Below, piece by piece: positions 48,679 through 58,092 of a DNA stretch of 64,000 nucleotides. A program made the position numbers and the translations under genes. Below the pieces are notes generated by a model. That model was not told the origin of the DNA. It did no database searches and saw only the letters and a list, made by a program, of their open reading frames with translations. Position 1 is the first letter of the stretch; the number at the start of each line of letters is the position of its first letter. Source of the stretch: Alphaproteobacteria bacterium (GTDB lineage: Bacteria; Pseudomonadota; Alphaproteobacteria; SP197); the NCBI GenBank assembly GCA_965228895.1, contig OZ245842.1, positions 576,001 to 640,000 of the forward strand. Direction: 5' to 3'.

Positions 48679-50697
48679 ATGAGTGGTGCCTGGCAGGTCG
48701 GTGTCGATATCGGTGGTACGTTCACCGACGTTGTTGCCGTCCACCCGCGTGACGGCACGGTGCTGAGCGCGAAGACGCCGAGCCGGCCGGACGATCCGGT
48801 ATCAAGCGTTGAAGCGGGCCTTGCGGCGGTCGGCCTGGCTTGGACCGATGTCGCCGATCTGATGCACGGCACGACCATGGCGACCAATGCCATCGTGCAG
48901 GACCGATTAGCGCCCGTTGTTTTGCTGACGACAGAGGGGTTCGGTGACACGCTGGCTATCGGCCGGCAGAACCGGCGCGAACTCTACCGTCTTGATGTCC
49001 TGCCCAAGCTGCCGCCATTGGTGCCTTCCGAGAGGCGGCTGGAAGTAAGGGAGAGATTGGACTGGGACGGGGCGGTCCTGACCGGCTTGAGCGAGGCGGA
49101 AGCCTCGCGCGCGAGTGACGCGGCGGTGGCATGTGGCGCTGATGCGGCAGCCGTGGCGTTGTTGCACAGCTATGCCAACCCTGCCCACGAAAAGGCGCTG
49201 GGTGCTAAACTGGCCGACAAGGTTCCGCACGTCACGTTGTCCCACGAACTCAATCCCGAGCCGCGCGAATACGAGCGGACCAACGCGACGGTTTTGAACG
49301 CGGCGCTGATGCCATTGATCGGTAACTATCTCGACCGTCTGGAGGCAAACGCCGGTGCAACGACCCGATTGCATCTGTTTCACTCCGCCGGCGGCATGGC
49401 GGCCGTCGATGCCATGCGTGGCAGACCGTTGTCCCTGGCGCTTTCGGGGCCTGCAGCGGGGGTCACGGCCGCCGGTATCGTCGCACGGGAGCTGGGCCTG
49501 GACCGCGCCATCGCGTTCGACATGGGTGGCACGACGACGGATGCTGCCGTTGTCATCGATGGTGAGGTTCAGATCAACAGCGATCAACGGATTGCCGGTC
49601 GTCCGATCCGGCAATTGATGGTCGCCGTCGAGTCGATCGGTGCCGGCGGCGGTTCGATTGCGCGGGTCGATGGTGCGGCGATTCGGGTTGGCCCCGACAG
49701 TGCCGGGGCCAACCCGGGCCCTGCCTGCTATGGCGCGGGCGGCAAAGAACCAACGGTTACCGACGCTAACCTTGTGCTCGGCTACATCAACACCGACCGC
49801 CAATTGGGTGGTGCCGTGACGCTGAACGGCGATCTGGCGCGCACGGCGGTCGGCACGGTAGCGGATGCATTTGGCGTCGGCATCGAAGAGGCCGCACTGG
49901 GTATCCACCGGGTCGCCAATGCCAGCATGGTGCGTGCCCTGCGCCGCGTGACCGTTGAGCGGGGTATTGACGCACGGCAGTGTACGCTGCTCGCCTTTGG
50001 CGGAGCGGGTCCCATGCACGCGGTCGACCTGGCGCGCGCATGCGGCATCGATCACGTGGTCGTGCCGCGTCTGTCCAGCGGATTCTCCGCGCTCGGCTGC
50101 GTGACCGCGCGCCTGACCTACGCGGAGCAGCGGACCGTGCGCGTGGCGCGCGATGCCTGGAATGCCGCGGATCTGGCGTCTCTGTGCGATGACATGGTGT
50201 CCAGATTGTCAGCGCCGTTGACCGCGAGCGGTATTACTAGCGATGGAATCGACGTCTCCTGCGTCGCCTTGATGCACTATGCCGGCCAGAGCGATGCTAT
50301 CGAGGTTCCGTTCGAGCGGCCGGCCGATCCCGCGATCTTGGGTGCGGACTTTATTGACCGGCACCAGCGACTCTACGGGTTCGCCACCGAAGAACCATGG
50401 ATCCTGGATACCCTGCGCATCACGGTGACGGCGCCGCCGCCTCTGGCGCTGTCGTCGCTATCGGCGACCGGTGACGCGGCGGGCAAGGTATCGACTGGCG
50501 CGACTAGCTGTTGGTTCGACGCGGCAGGCGCGTCTGAGACCGAGCGTGTGGCGCGCGAGAGCTTAGAGCCGGACAACCGCCATGCCGGCCCGCTCGTCAT
50601 CGAAGACGATTGGTCGACCGTGGTTGTGCCGCCAGGTTCGACGGTTTGGGCCGACGCACGTGGTCACCTGCACATCGATGTCGGGGGCAGGCCATGA
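48679..50697 (+). CDS. hydantoinase A/oxoprolinase ATP-binding subunit (copy 2)
   Basis: DIGGTFTD, HGTT..TNA, SGPAAG, DMGGTTTD, GPACY. Confidence 0.94.
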   Translation: MSGAWQVGVDIGGTFTDVVAVHPRDGTVLSAKTPSRPDDPVSSVEAGLAAVGLAWTDVADLMHGTTMATNAIVQDRLAPVVLLTTEGFGDTLAIGRQNRRELYRLDVLPKLPPLVPSERRLEVRERLDWDGAVLTGLSEAEASRASDAAVACGADAAAVALLHSYANPAHEKALGAKLADKVPHVTLSHELNPEPREYERTNATVLNAALMPLIGNYLDRLEANAGATTRLHLFHSAGGMAAVDAMRGRPLSLALSGPAAGVTAAGIVARELGLDRAIAFDMGGTTTDAAVVIDGEVQINSDQRIAGRPIRQLMVAVESIGAGGGSIARVDGAAIRVGPDSAGANPGPACYGAGGKEPTVTDANLVLGYINTDRQLGGAVTLNGDLARTAVGTVADAFGVGIEEAALGIHRVANASMVRALRRVTVERGIDARQCTLLAFGGAGPMHAVDLARACGIDHVVVPRLSSGFSALGCVTARLTYAEQRTVRVARDAWNAADLASLCDDMVSRLSAPLTASGITSDGIDVSCVALMHYAGQSDAIEVPFERPADPAILGADFIDRHQRLYGFATEEPWILDTLRITVTAPPPLALSSLSATGDAAGKVSTGATSCWFDAAGASETERVARESLEPDNRHAGPLVIEDDWSTVVVPPGSTVWADARGHLHIDVGGRP

Positions 50698-52283
50698 CGA
50701 CCAGCGTCGACCCCTTCACCGTCGAGGTGATCCGCCACGCCATCACGGCGATCGCCGAGGAGATGTCCTATGTGGTCATGCGCTCGGCACGCTCGCCGCT
50801 GCTGCGCGAGGCCGGCGACCTTTCCTCGGCCCTGACCGACGCCGACGGTAACCTGATCGCCCAGGGCCGCGACATTCCCGTCCATATGGGTGTCATGTGC
50901 GCGACCGTGCGCGAGTTTCTGAAGCGGGTGCCGGCGAAGCGCCTGGCGCCAGGCGATGTCTGGTTCGTCAATTTGCCGGAGGTCGGCGGTAATCATCTGC
51001 CGGACGTCAAAGCGATTCGGCCGGTGTTTTTTGACGACGCGTTGCAGGCGTTTGCGGTCAGCCTGGCCCATTGGGCCGATATCGGCGGCGGCCGTCCCGG
51101 CAGCTATGTGCCCAACGCCCGCGATGCCTGGCAGGAAGGCCTGCGTATTCCGCCGACGCGCCTCTTTACCGCCGATGGGCCGGATCGCGAGAAGCTGGGT
51201 TTTGTCACCGCCAATGTGCGCGGCGCGGTCGAGCGTGAAGGCGACATCCTGGCGCAGATGGCGGCGACCCGCGCCGCCGACGAGGCCTTGCAGGGGCTGT
51301 TTGCCGATCACGGCGCCGATACGGTGCAGCAGGCCATCATCGCCCTGCACGACCAATCCGAAAGCGCCATGCGCCAGGCGTTGTCCGATCTGCCCGACGG
51401 CGTTTATGTGGGCGAGGACCAGCTCGACGACGACGGCGCGGGCGGCCCGCCGGTTGCCATTCGCGTCACGCTGACGATCGACGGCGATCGCGCGGTCGTC
51501 GACTTCTCCGCTTGCGATGACGCCACGCCCGGCCCGCTGAACGCGACGCCGTTCTCGACCGCGGCCAGCGTTTTCTACGCATTGAAAGCGGTGGCTGGGC
51601 CGGACATTCAGCCGAACGCCGGCTGTTATCGGCCCCTCGACATCATCACGCGGGCGGGCTCGTTACTGGAACCAACCGTCGACAAGCCGGTTGTTGGCGG
51701 CAACCACGAGACGACCCAGCGTGTCGCCGACGCCATCTTCCGCGCGCTGGAGCCTGTCGTGCCGGAACGGTTGACGGCGGGGTGCGCGGCGACATCAGGT
51801 CTGCTGTTGTTCGGCGGTCGCGATCCGCGCACGGGTGCATGGACGACTCTTTATGAGGTCCATGGCGGTGGCGAGGGCGCGCGTCACGACCGCGACGGCA
51901 TGCCGGTCATCCGCCCGCACATGTCCAACGTCATGAACACGCCGGCCGAGGTGATCGAGACCAACTACCCGATCCGTCTGGTGCGCCAACGGCTGCGTCA
52001 GGGCTCGGGCGGCCAGGGCCGTCACCGGGGCGGTGAAGGACAGGAACGCGTCTATGAAATTGTCGCCGATGAGATGTGGCTGACGTCCATGGTCGACCGC
52101 GCGGTGATCCCGCCCTATGGCCTGCAGGGCGGCAAGCCAGGCGCGCCCTATCGCATCACGTTGCGGCGCGCCGACGGCACGGTCGAACAACTGGGCGGCA
52201 AGGACGAGGCGCGCCTGACGAAAGGCGACAAGGTGATGATCGAAACCAGCGGTGGCGGCGGGTTTGGCGCCGCCGACGCCTGA
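50694..52283 (+). CDS. hydantoinase B/oxoprolinase subunit (copy 2)
   Basis: MTTSVDPFTVE, GNHLPD, HWADIGG, QEGL, NTPAE, GGGGFG; ATG overlaps the hyuA stop. Confidence 0.94.
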   Translation: MTTSVDPFTVEVIRHAITAIAEEMSYVVMRSARSPLLREAGDLSSALTDADGNLIAQGRDIPVHMGVMCATVREFLKRVPAKRLAPGDVWFVNLPEVGGNHLPDVKAIRPVFFDDALQAFAVSLAHWADIGGGRPGSYVPNARDAWQEGLRIPPTRLFTADGPDREKLGFVTANVRGAVEREGDILAQMAATRAADEALQGLFADHGADTVQQAIIALHDQSESAMRQALSDLPDGVYVGEDQLDDDGAGGPPVAIRVTLTIDGDRAVVDFSACDDATPGPLNATPFSTAASVFYALKAVAGPDIQPNAGCYRPLDIITRAGSLLEPTVDKPVVGGNHETTQRVADAIFRALEPVVPERLTAGCAATSGLLLFGGRDPRTGAWTTLYEVHGGGEGARHDRDGMPVIRPHMSNVMNTPAEVIETNYPIRLVRQRLRQGSGGQGRHRGGEGQERVYEIVADEMWLTSMVDRAVIPPYGLQGGKPGAPYRITLRRADGTVEQLGGKDEARLTKGDKVMIETSGGGGFGAADA

Positions 52284-52306
52284 CCGGATAACGGGTGGAG
52301 GATGTC

Positions 52307-53089
52307 ATGAGACTGGACGGCAAGACGGCACTGGTGACCGGCGCGGCCCAAGGGATGGGCAGCGCTATCTGCAAGGCGATGGCGGCGGAAGGTTGCGATC
52401 TCATGCTCGCCGCGCGCACCCAGGGCCCGCTCGATGAGCTGGCCGAAGAGCTGCGCGCCATGGGTCGCCGTGCAGAGGTCGTTACCTGCGATGTCGTTCA
52501 GGAAGATCAGGTTGCCGACATGGTCGAGGCGGCCCTGAAGGCCTTTGACGGCAAGCTCGACATTCTTGTCAACGTGGCCGGCGCGACGGGCCCGATCGAA
52601 ACACCGGTCTGGCAGATCGACCAAAAGGCTTTCGATGAGCTCGTACGGACAAACCTGCAGGGGACCTTCCTGCCGATCAAACACGTGCTGCCGTCCATGG
52701 TCGAGCGGCGCTACGGCAAGATCGTCAACATCGGCGGCAGTTCGGGCATGCGCGGGTACCGCTACCGTGCCGCCTATAGTTCGTCGAAGTGGTCAGTTCG
52801 TGGCCTGACCCGCACCACCGCGCTCGACGTCGGCGAATACAACATCAACGTCAACGCGGTCATGCCGGGCATCGTCGAGACGCCGCGCATGCACAAGCTG
52901 TGCGAGGAAAAAGCGAGGGTGCGCGGCTGGACCTTCGACCAGGTCTATGACGAATACGTGCAGGACATGGCGCTCAAGCGCGTCACGACGCCCGAGGATA
53001 TTGCCCATGCGGTGGTGTTCCTGGCGACCGACGAAGCGCGTCAGATCACCGGCCAGGAAATCGTCGTCGACGGCGGCTGGGACGTCTGA
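52307..53089 (+). CDS. short-chain dehydrogenase/reductase
   Basis: TGAAQGMG, NVAG, YSSSK; GGAGG RBS. Confidence 0.92.
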   Translation: MRLDGKTALVTGAAQGMGSAICKAMAAEGCDLMLAARTQGPLDELAEELRAMGRRAEVVTCDVVQEDQVADMVEAALKAFDGKLDILVNVAGATGPIETPVWQIDQKAFDELVRTNLQGTFLPIKHVLPSMVERRYGKIVNIGGSSGMRGYRYRAAYSSSKWSVRGLTRTTALDVGEYNINVNAVMPGIVETPRMHKLCEEKARVRGWTFDQVYDEYVQDMALKRVTTPEDIAHAVVFLATDEARQITGQEIVVDGGWDV

Positions 53090-53117
53090 CCGCTCGAAAC
53101 AACATGGAGGAAACGAC

Positions 53118-53996
53118 ATGTTACTGAGTTTCGACCTTATCGAACCACGCACGTTATCGGAGGCGCTCGATGCACTGGCGTCGGGCGGTCTGCCCTATGC
53201 CGGCGGCACCAATCTGATCCCCGACCTGCGCTCGGGTAAGGGCCCGGCGGGACCGTTCGTCTCGTTGGCTGCCCTGGACGATCTGCGTGGCATCACGCTT
53301 GACGGCGACGTCGTTGTCATGGGCGCGCGCACGACCATGAGCGACATCCTGAACACCGCCGACATGCGCCGCTGGGCACCGTCTTTGGTCGCCCAAGCCG
53401 ACGTCTTTGCCGGCCACATGGTGCGCAACACGGCGACCGTGGGCGGCAACATCTGCTATGGCTCGCCGTCGGCCGATGTCGTGCCGCCGCTTCTGGCGCT
53501 TGACGCCGAGGTGCTGGTCGCCGGACCCGGCGGCGAACGCGCCATGGCGCTGGAGCGTTTCCTGCTCGACTACAAGAAGACGGCGTTGCAACCGGGCGAA
53601 CTCCTCACAGCGATACGCTGGCAGGTGCCGCCCGAAAACGAGACCCATCTCTTCTATAAGCTTGGACGGCGCAAGGGTGATGCGATCACCGTGACCGGTG
53701 TCGCCGTCGCGCTTGCCGCTGAGCAGGGTCGTTGCACGCGTGCCCGCATTGCGCTGGGTTCGGTTGCGCCGACCGTGTTCCGCGCCCGCGAAGCCGAACG
53801 GTTTCTGGAAGGCCAGCTGGTGTTGCCATCGCTGATCGATGTCGCCGGACGTCAGGCGGCAGCCATGTGCAAGCCGATCAACGATGTGCGCGCCAGCGGC
53901 GCTTATCGCCGCCATACCGCCTTCGCCTTGACCCAGCGCCTATTGACCCAGGCCTGGGAGCGTGTCGGCGGACCCGCCGCAGGGAGGCTGCAATGA
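53118..53996 (+). CDS. xanthine dehydrogenase family FAD-binding (medium) subunit
   Basis: AGGTNL, RNTATVGGN, SPSAD, DVRASGAYR; GGAGG RBS. Confidence 0.92.
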   Translation: MLLSFDLIEPRTLSEALDALASGGLPYAGGTNLIPDLRSGKGPAGPFVSLAALDDLRGITLDGDVVVMGARTTMSDILNTADMRRWAPSLVAQADVFAGHMVRNTATVGGNICYGSPSADVVPPLLALDAEVLVAGPGGERAMALERFLLDYKKTALQPGELLTAIRWQVPPENETHLFYKLGRRKGDAITVTGVAVALAAEQGRCTRARIALGSVAPTVFRAREAERFLEGQLVLPSLIDVAGRQAAAMCKPINDVRASGAYRRHTAFALTQRLLTQAWERVGGPAAGRLQ

Positions 53997-54481
53997 CCGA
54001 TATGCGAACGATTACCCTGACTGTTAATGGACGGTTCCACGAGGTCGCCGTGCCCGCCCATCGCACGCTCTTAGAACTGCTGCGCGAGCTCGGCCATGTC
54101 GACGTCAAGTGCGGCTGCGAGAAGGGCGATTGCGGTGCCTGTGCTGTGCTGTTGGACGGTGTCGCCGTCGATAGCTGCCTGACGCTGAGCAGACTGGCCG
54201 ATGGCTGCGCCATCACGACCGTCGCCGGCTTGGGCAATACCGAAAACCCTCATCCCCTGCAGACCGCCTTCATCGAGCATGGTGCCGTTCAGTGCGGGTA
54301 CTGTATTCCCGGCATGATCATCGCCGCCAAGGCGTTGCTCGATGATTTTCCCGACCCCAGCGACGACGACATCCGCCGGGGACTAAGCGGCAATCTCTGC
54401 CGCTGCACCGGTTACACACGGATCTTCTCCGCGATCAAGGACGCGGCCGCTGTGATACGCGCCCAAGGAGGTGCCCCATGA
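53993..54481 (+). CDS. xanthine dehydrogenase family 2Fe-2S (small) subunit
   Basis: [24 protein letters not shown]. Confidence 0.94.
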   Translation: MTDMRTITLTVNGRFHEVAVPAHRTLLELLRELGHVDVKCGCEKGDCGACAVLLDGVAVDSCLTLSRLADGCAITTVAGLGNTENPHPLQTAFIEHGAVQCGYCIPGMIIAAKALLDDFPDPSDDDIRRGLSGNLCRCTGYTRIFSAIKDAAAVIRAQGGAP

Positions 54482-56802
54482 CCGATCAACCGACATCACC
54501 GCCGGCACCGGCCAATGTGCAGTTGTCTCAAGTCGGCCAGCCGATCGTCAGAACAGACGCGCCGGGCAAGGCGTTCGGCACCACGACCTATGCCGGCGAT
54601 ATCGTCATGCCCAACATGCTGCATGGGGTCGTGGTGCGTGCCGATCGTCCCAGCGCGACTATTGCCGCGCTTGACGTTGATAAGGCCAGGGCTTTGCCGG
54701 GCGTACACTGCGTTGTCACGGCTGAGGACCTGCCCGCCCGCATGGTGATGACCGATATTCCCGGACAGACCGGCGGCAAGACCAAGATCACGTCCCAGCC
54801 CATGTTGGCGCCCGACCGGGTCAAGTTCGAAGGCGAGGCTATCGCCCTGATCGCCGCCGAGACACTTGATATCGCCCATCATGCGCGCGATCTGGTCGAG
54901 ATCACCTATGAGGATTATCCCGGCGTGTTCGATCCGGTCGACGCCTTGAAGCCGGATGCGCCCAAGGTCTTTGGCGACGACAACGTGGTTGCCAGCTACC
55001 GGATACGGCGCGGCGATGTGGAGAAGGGGTTCGCCGATGCCGACCACATCATCGAGAACACCTTCAAGACGCCCTATCAGGAACAGGCGTTTCTGGAGCC
55101 GGAGGCCGGCGTCGCCTGGGTCGACGAGCACGACGTCATCAACATCCGGGTCAGCACGCAGGTGGTCGAGCATTTCCGCGCGATCGCCGATGCGCTCGGT
55201 CTGCCGCACAACAAGGTCCACCTGAAGGCGGAGTATGTCGGTGGCGGTTTTGGCGGCAAAGAGAGCATCACCATCGAGACCTATCTGGCGCTCCTCGCGC
55301 TTCGCGCGCGCCGCCCGGTCAAGCTTGTCCTACCGCGCGAGGAATCGTTCCTGGCCCACGGTAAGCGCCACCCCTTTACCTTCAAACACAAGACCGGCGT
55401 CACCAAGGACGGCCGGATCGTCGCGGCCCAGGTCGAGGTGACCGGCGATGCCGGACCCTATGCGACGTTGAGCCCTTATGTGTTGCTCTACGCCACCGTC
55501 TCGGCGTGCGGTCCCTACCGGATCGACAACATCAAGATCGACTCGGTGGTGGCCGCGACCAACAACCTGCAGACCGACGCCTTTCGTGGCTTCGGCGCCA
55601 TGCAGGCATGCTGCGCCTATGAGCAGCAGATGGACGAGATCGCCAAGCTGCTCGGCATCGATCGCCTGGAGTTGCGCAAGCGGAACTATCTGAAGACGGG
55701 CGAGGCCAACGCGACCGGTCAGGTCGTCGAAAGCGCGGTGTGGAGCGAACAATGCGCGACAGCCGCGCTCGAGGCGTTGGGCGAGCCGACGCCATCCCAT
55801 GGACCCGTCAAAATCGGTCGTGGTTTCGCCAACTACCAGCAGAGCTATGGCCGTATCCGTTGGTTCAAGGATTCCAGCGAAGCCTGGGTTGGTATCGAGG
55901 TTGACGGCGCGGTCACCGTGCGGTCAGCGGTGACCGATATTGGCGCCGGCCAGTCGTCGGCGTTGGCGCAGATTGCCGCCGAGGTGCTCGGTGTGCCGAT
56001 GGAGCGTGTCTTGACCTATTTCGGTGACACCGCGCTTAACCCCCTGGCCGGCACGATTTCGGCGAGCCGGGCGCTCTATATGTCGGGCAACGCGGTGAAG
56101 CTCGCCGCGACCCATGTGCGCGACAACCTTCTGGTCTGGGCGAGCGAGCATTTTTGCGTCAATGCGGACGCGCTCGACCTGCGCGATGATAAGGTATTCG
56201 TCACCGATGATCCCGAGCGCTCGATGTCGATTCCCGACTTGGTCAAGGCCTGTGCCAGCGCCGGCGTGCACCGCCACGATCTCGCGATCTTTCGGGCGCC
56301 GTCCAGCGAGGGCCTGGATCCTGAGACCGGTCAGGGCGAGGTGTTCCCGGACTTCACCTTCGGCGCCCATGCGGTGGAGGTCGCGGTCGATACGGAGACA
56401 GGCGAGGTAACGGTGTTAAAGAGCGTCGGCGCCCATGATGTCGGTCAAGCCGTCAACCCGCGCGCCGTCGAAGGCCAGATCGAAGGCAGTGCCTTGATGG
56501 GGCAGGGTTTTGCGCTCTCAGAAGACATGTTGGTCCATGAAGGTCGCCTGATGACATCGTCATTCAGCGAGTATCTGATGCCGACCTCCGAAGACGTCCC
56601 GGAGATCACGTCGATCATCCTGGAGTCGCGTTCTGGCCTCGGCCCTTACGGCGCCAAGGGAATCGGCGAGCCGGCCTATGCCCCAGTCGCCGCCTCGATC
56701 GCCAACGCCGTCGCCGATGCCATCGGCATTCGGATCAAGAGCTTGCCGATTACGCCGGAACGGGTGGTGGCGAACCTGGCGCTTCACGGTCCGATCGGCT
56801 GA
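54478..56802 (+). CDS. xanthine dehydrogenase family molybdopterin-binding (large) subunit
   Basis: GGGFGGK, AFRGFG, GQIEG, AKGIGEP, LPITPE. Confidence 0.94.
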   Translation: MTDQPTSPPAPANVQLSQVGQPIVRTDAPGKAFGTTTYAGDIVMPNMLHGVVVRADRPSATIAALDVDKARALPGVHCVVTAEDLPARMVMTDIPGQTGGKTKITSQPMLAPDRVKFEGEAIALIAAETLDIAHHARDLVEITYEDYPGVFDPVDALKPDAPKVFGDDNVVASYRIRRGDVEKGFADADHIIENTFKTPYQEQAFLEPEAGVAWVDEHDVINIRVSTQVVEHFRAIADALGLPHNKVHLKAEYVGGGFGGKESITIETYLALLALRARRPVKLVLPREESFLAHGKRHPFTFKHKTGVTKDGRIVAAQVEVTGDAGPYATLSPYVLLYATVSACGPYRIDNIKIDSVVAATNNLQTDAFRGFGAMQACCAYEQQMDEIAKLLGIDRLELRKRNYLKTGEANATGQVVESAVWSEQCATAALEALGEPTPSHGPVKIGRGFANYQQSYGRIRWFKDSSEAWVGIEVDGAVTVRSAVTDIGAGQSSALAQIAAEVLGVPMERVLTYFGDTALNPLAGTISASRALYMSGNAVKLAATHVRDNLLVWASEHFCVNADALDLRDDKVFVTDDPERSMSIPDLVKACASAGVHRHDLAIFRAPSSEGLDPETGQGEVFPDFTFGAHAVEVAVDTETGEVTVLKSVGAHDVGQAVNPRAVEGQIEGSALMGQGFALSEDMLVHEGRLMTSSFSEYLMPTSEDVPEITSIILESRSGLGPYGAKGIGEPAYAPVAASIANAVADAIGIRIKSLPITPERVVANLALHGPIG

Positions 56803-56830
56803 CGGCGTGAGAAGAGGGGAACGGGCGGCG

Positions 56831-56871
56831 TTGACATGGATCAACGGTTCGTTTCCCGGGTGCCGTATGCT
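56831..56871 (+). promoter_or_regulatory. FNR-type box with class II-spaced -10
   Basis: TTGAC-ATGG-ATCAA (56831-56844) and TATGCT (56866-56871). Confidence 0.6.
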
Positions 56872-56876
56872 TCGCA

Positions 56877-56899
56877 TGTGATGCGACTGTCGCATCACA
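56877..56899. repeat. perfect 11-bp inverted repeat (operator candidate)
   Basis: TGTGATGCGAC-T-GTCGCATCACA. Confidence 0.6.
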
Positions 56900-56950
56900 G
56901 TCAGGTGCTATGCACCGGCCAAATCTGTTGCCATCGCGCGGGAGGTCAGG

Positions 56951-57490
56951 GTGACGGCACCAATGGTGATTGATGGTCAGACCAAGCTGATCGATGCGTG
57001 GCTGGAGTGCGAGGACCTGCTCGACCGGTTCCGCGCCTACAACCCGGCCTTCAAGGAGTTCCTGCGCGTCCTGGGTGACGAGGACGTCGCGCGCGAACTG
57101 TCGCTGGCCGATATTGCCAGCATGGTCGCGAGTCCGGAGGACGACTTGGTCGCCCTGGCCAACGGAGAACAGGTAGAGTCTACCCCATCGAAGCCGATGA
57201 TCTCAGACACGGATCCCGTGTCGTGGTTCGACGATGTCGATGTCAGCGAAGCCTGCCTTGTCGACACCAGGCCGATTTTCGAAAGCGGCAAGGAGCCTCT
57301 GGCTGTCATTCTTCAGATGGTGGCCGCGGCCGATCGCGATGACATTCTTATCGTCGATGCGCCGTTCTGCCCGGCGCCGCTGCGCCGTCTGCTCGCGCGC
57401 CGGGGCTATGAGTCCGGGGTCAAGGAGCTTGCCGCCAGCCACTGGCGCTGCGCCTTCAAGCCGATGGGCCATGAGGTATCGCCGCGATGA
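56951..57490 (+). CDS. DUF1858-like + DUF2249 (SirA/TusA-like) domain protein
   Basis: C-terminal DTRPIFESGKEPL..APFCPAPL..L..RGY; GGGAGG RBS. Confidence 0.75.
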   Translation: MTAPMVIDGQTKLIDAWLECEDLLDRFRAYNPAFKEFLRVLGDEDVARELSLADIASMVASPEDDLVALANGEQVESTPSKPMISDTDPVSWFDDVDVSEACLVDTRPIFESGKEPLAVILQMVAAADRDDILIVDAPFCPAPLRRLLARRGYESGVKELAASHWRCAFKPMGHEVSPR

Positions 57491-58035
57491 CGACGAACGC
57501 ACAGGAAGCCGCGTCGGTGGATGATGGTCTTCCGATTGCCGCTGTTCTTTCCGACGCCTCCAATTCCGCCGGTCTCGTCTTGACGGACGTTGCACGGCAC
57601 CTCCGGCGTGAGGGATGTCGCCTCGCCGGCGCGGTGCAGACCGCTGACCCCGAGGAGGCACGTCAGGGTGCTTGTGTCATGACACTCAGTGTTTTGCCGG
57701 ACGGTCCGGAGCTGCCGATCTGGCAGGAGCTCGGCCAGCATGCCAAGGGCTGCCGACTGAACCATGAAGCGCTCGAAGATGTCGTCGGCTTGGTCGATCG
57801 CGCGATCGACAGCTCGACTGATGTTCTGATCATCAACAAGTTTGGCAAACGCGAAGGCGAGGGCGCAGGGTTCCGGCAAACGATCGCGCGGGCGATCGAT
57901 ATGGACATTCCCGTTCTGGTCGGCATCAGCGACGCTGAACGGCGGGCCTTCGAGAGTTTCGTGGGTGGCGCCGGTCAAGTGTTGCCGGCGCGCGTCGACG
58001 ATGTCCTGGCGTGGTACCGCGACGCCTCGACCTGA
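57487..58035 (+). CDS. DUF2478 family protein
   Basis: LAGAVQ, IWQELG..GCRL, LIINKFGKRE..G.G. Confidence 0.85.
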   Translation: MTTNAQEAASVDDGLPIAAVLSDASNSAGLVLTDVARHLRREGCRLAGAVQTADPEEARQGACVMTLSVLPDGPELPIWQELGQHAKGCRLNHEALEDVVGLVDRAIDSSTDVLIINKFGKREGEGAGFRQTIARAIDMDIPVLVGISDAERRAFESFVGGAGQVLPARVDDVLAWYRDAST

Positions 58036-58092
58036 CGAAGCCATTTGTTTCGGAGGCGGTTTCTTAGCGACGCCGCAGCTTGACGGCGTGGC

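Noticed and set aside
53118-56802. Aerobic CO dehydrogenase (coxMSL gene order)
   Set aside because: Active-site loop is AFRGFG, not AYxCSFR (form I) or AYxGAGR (form II); no coxDEFG
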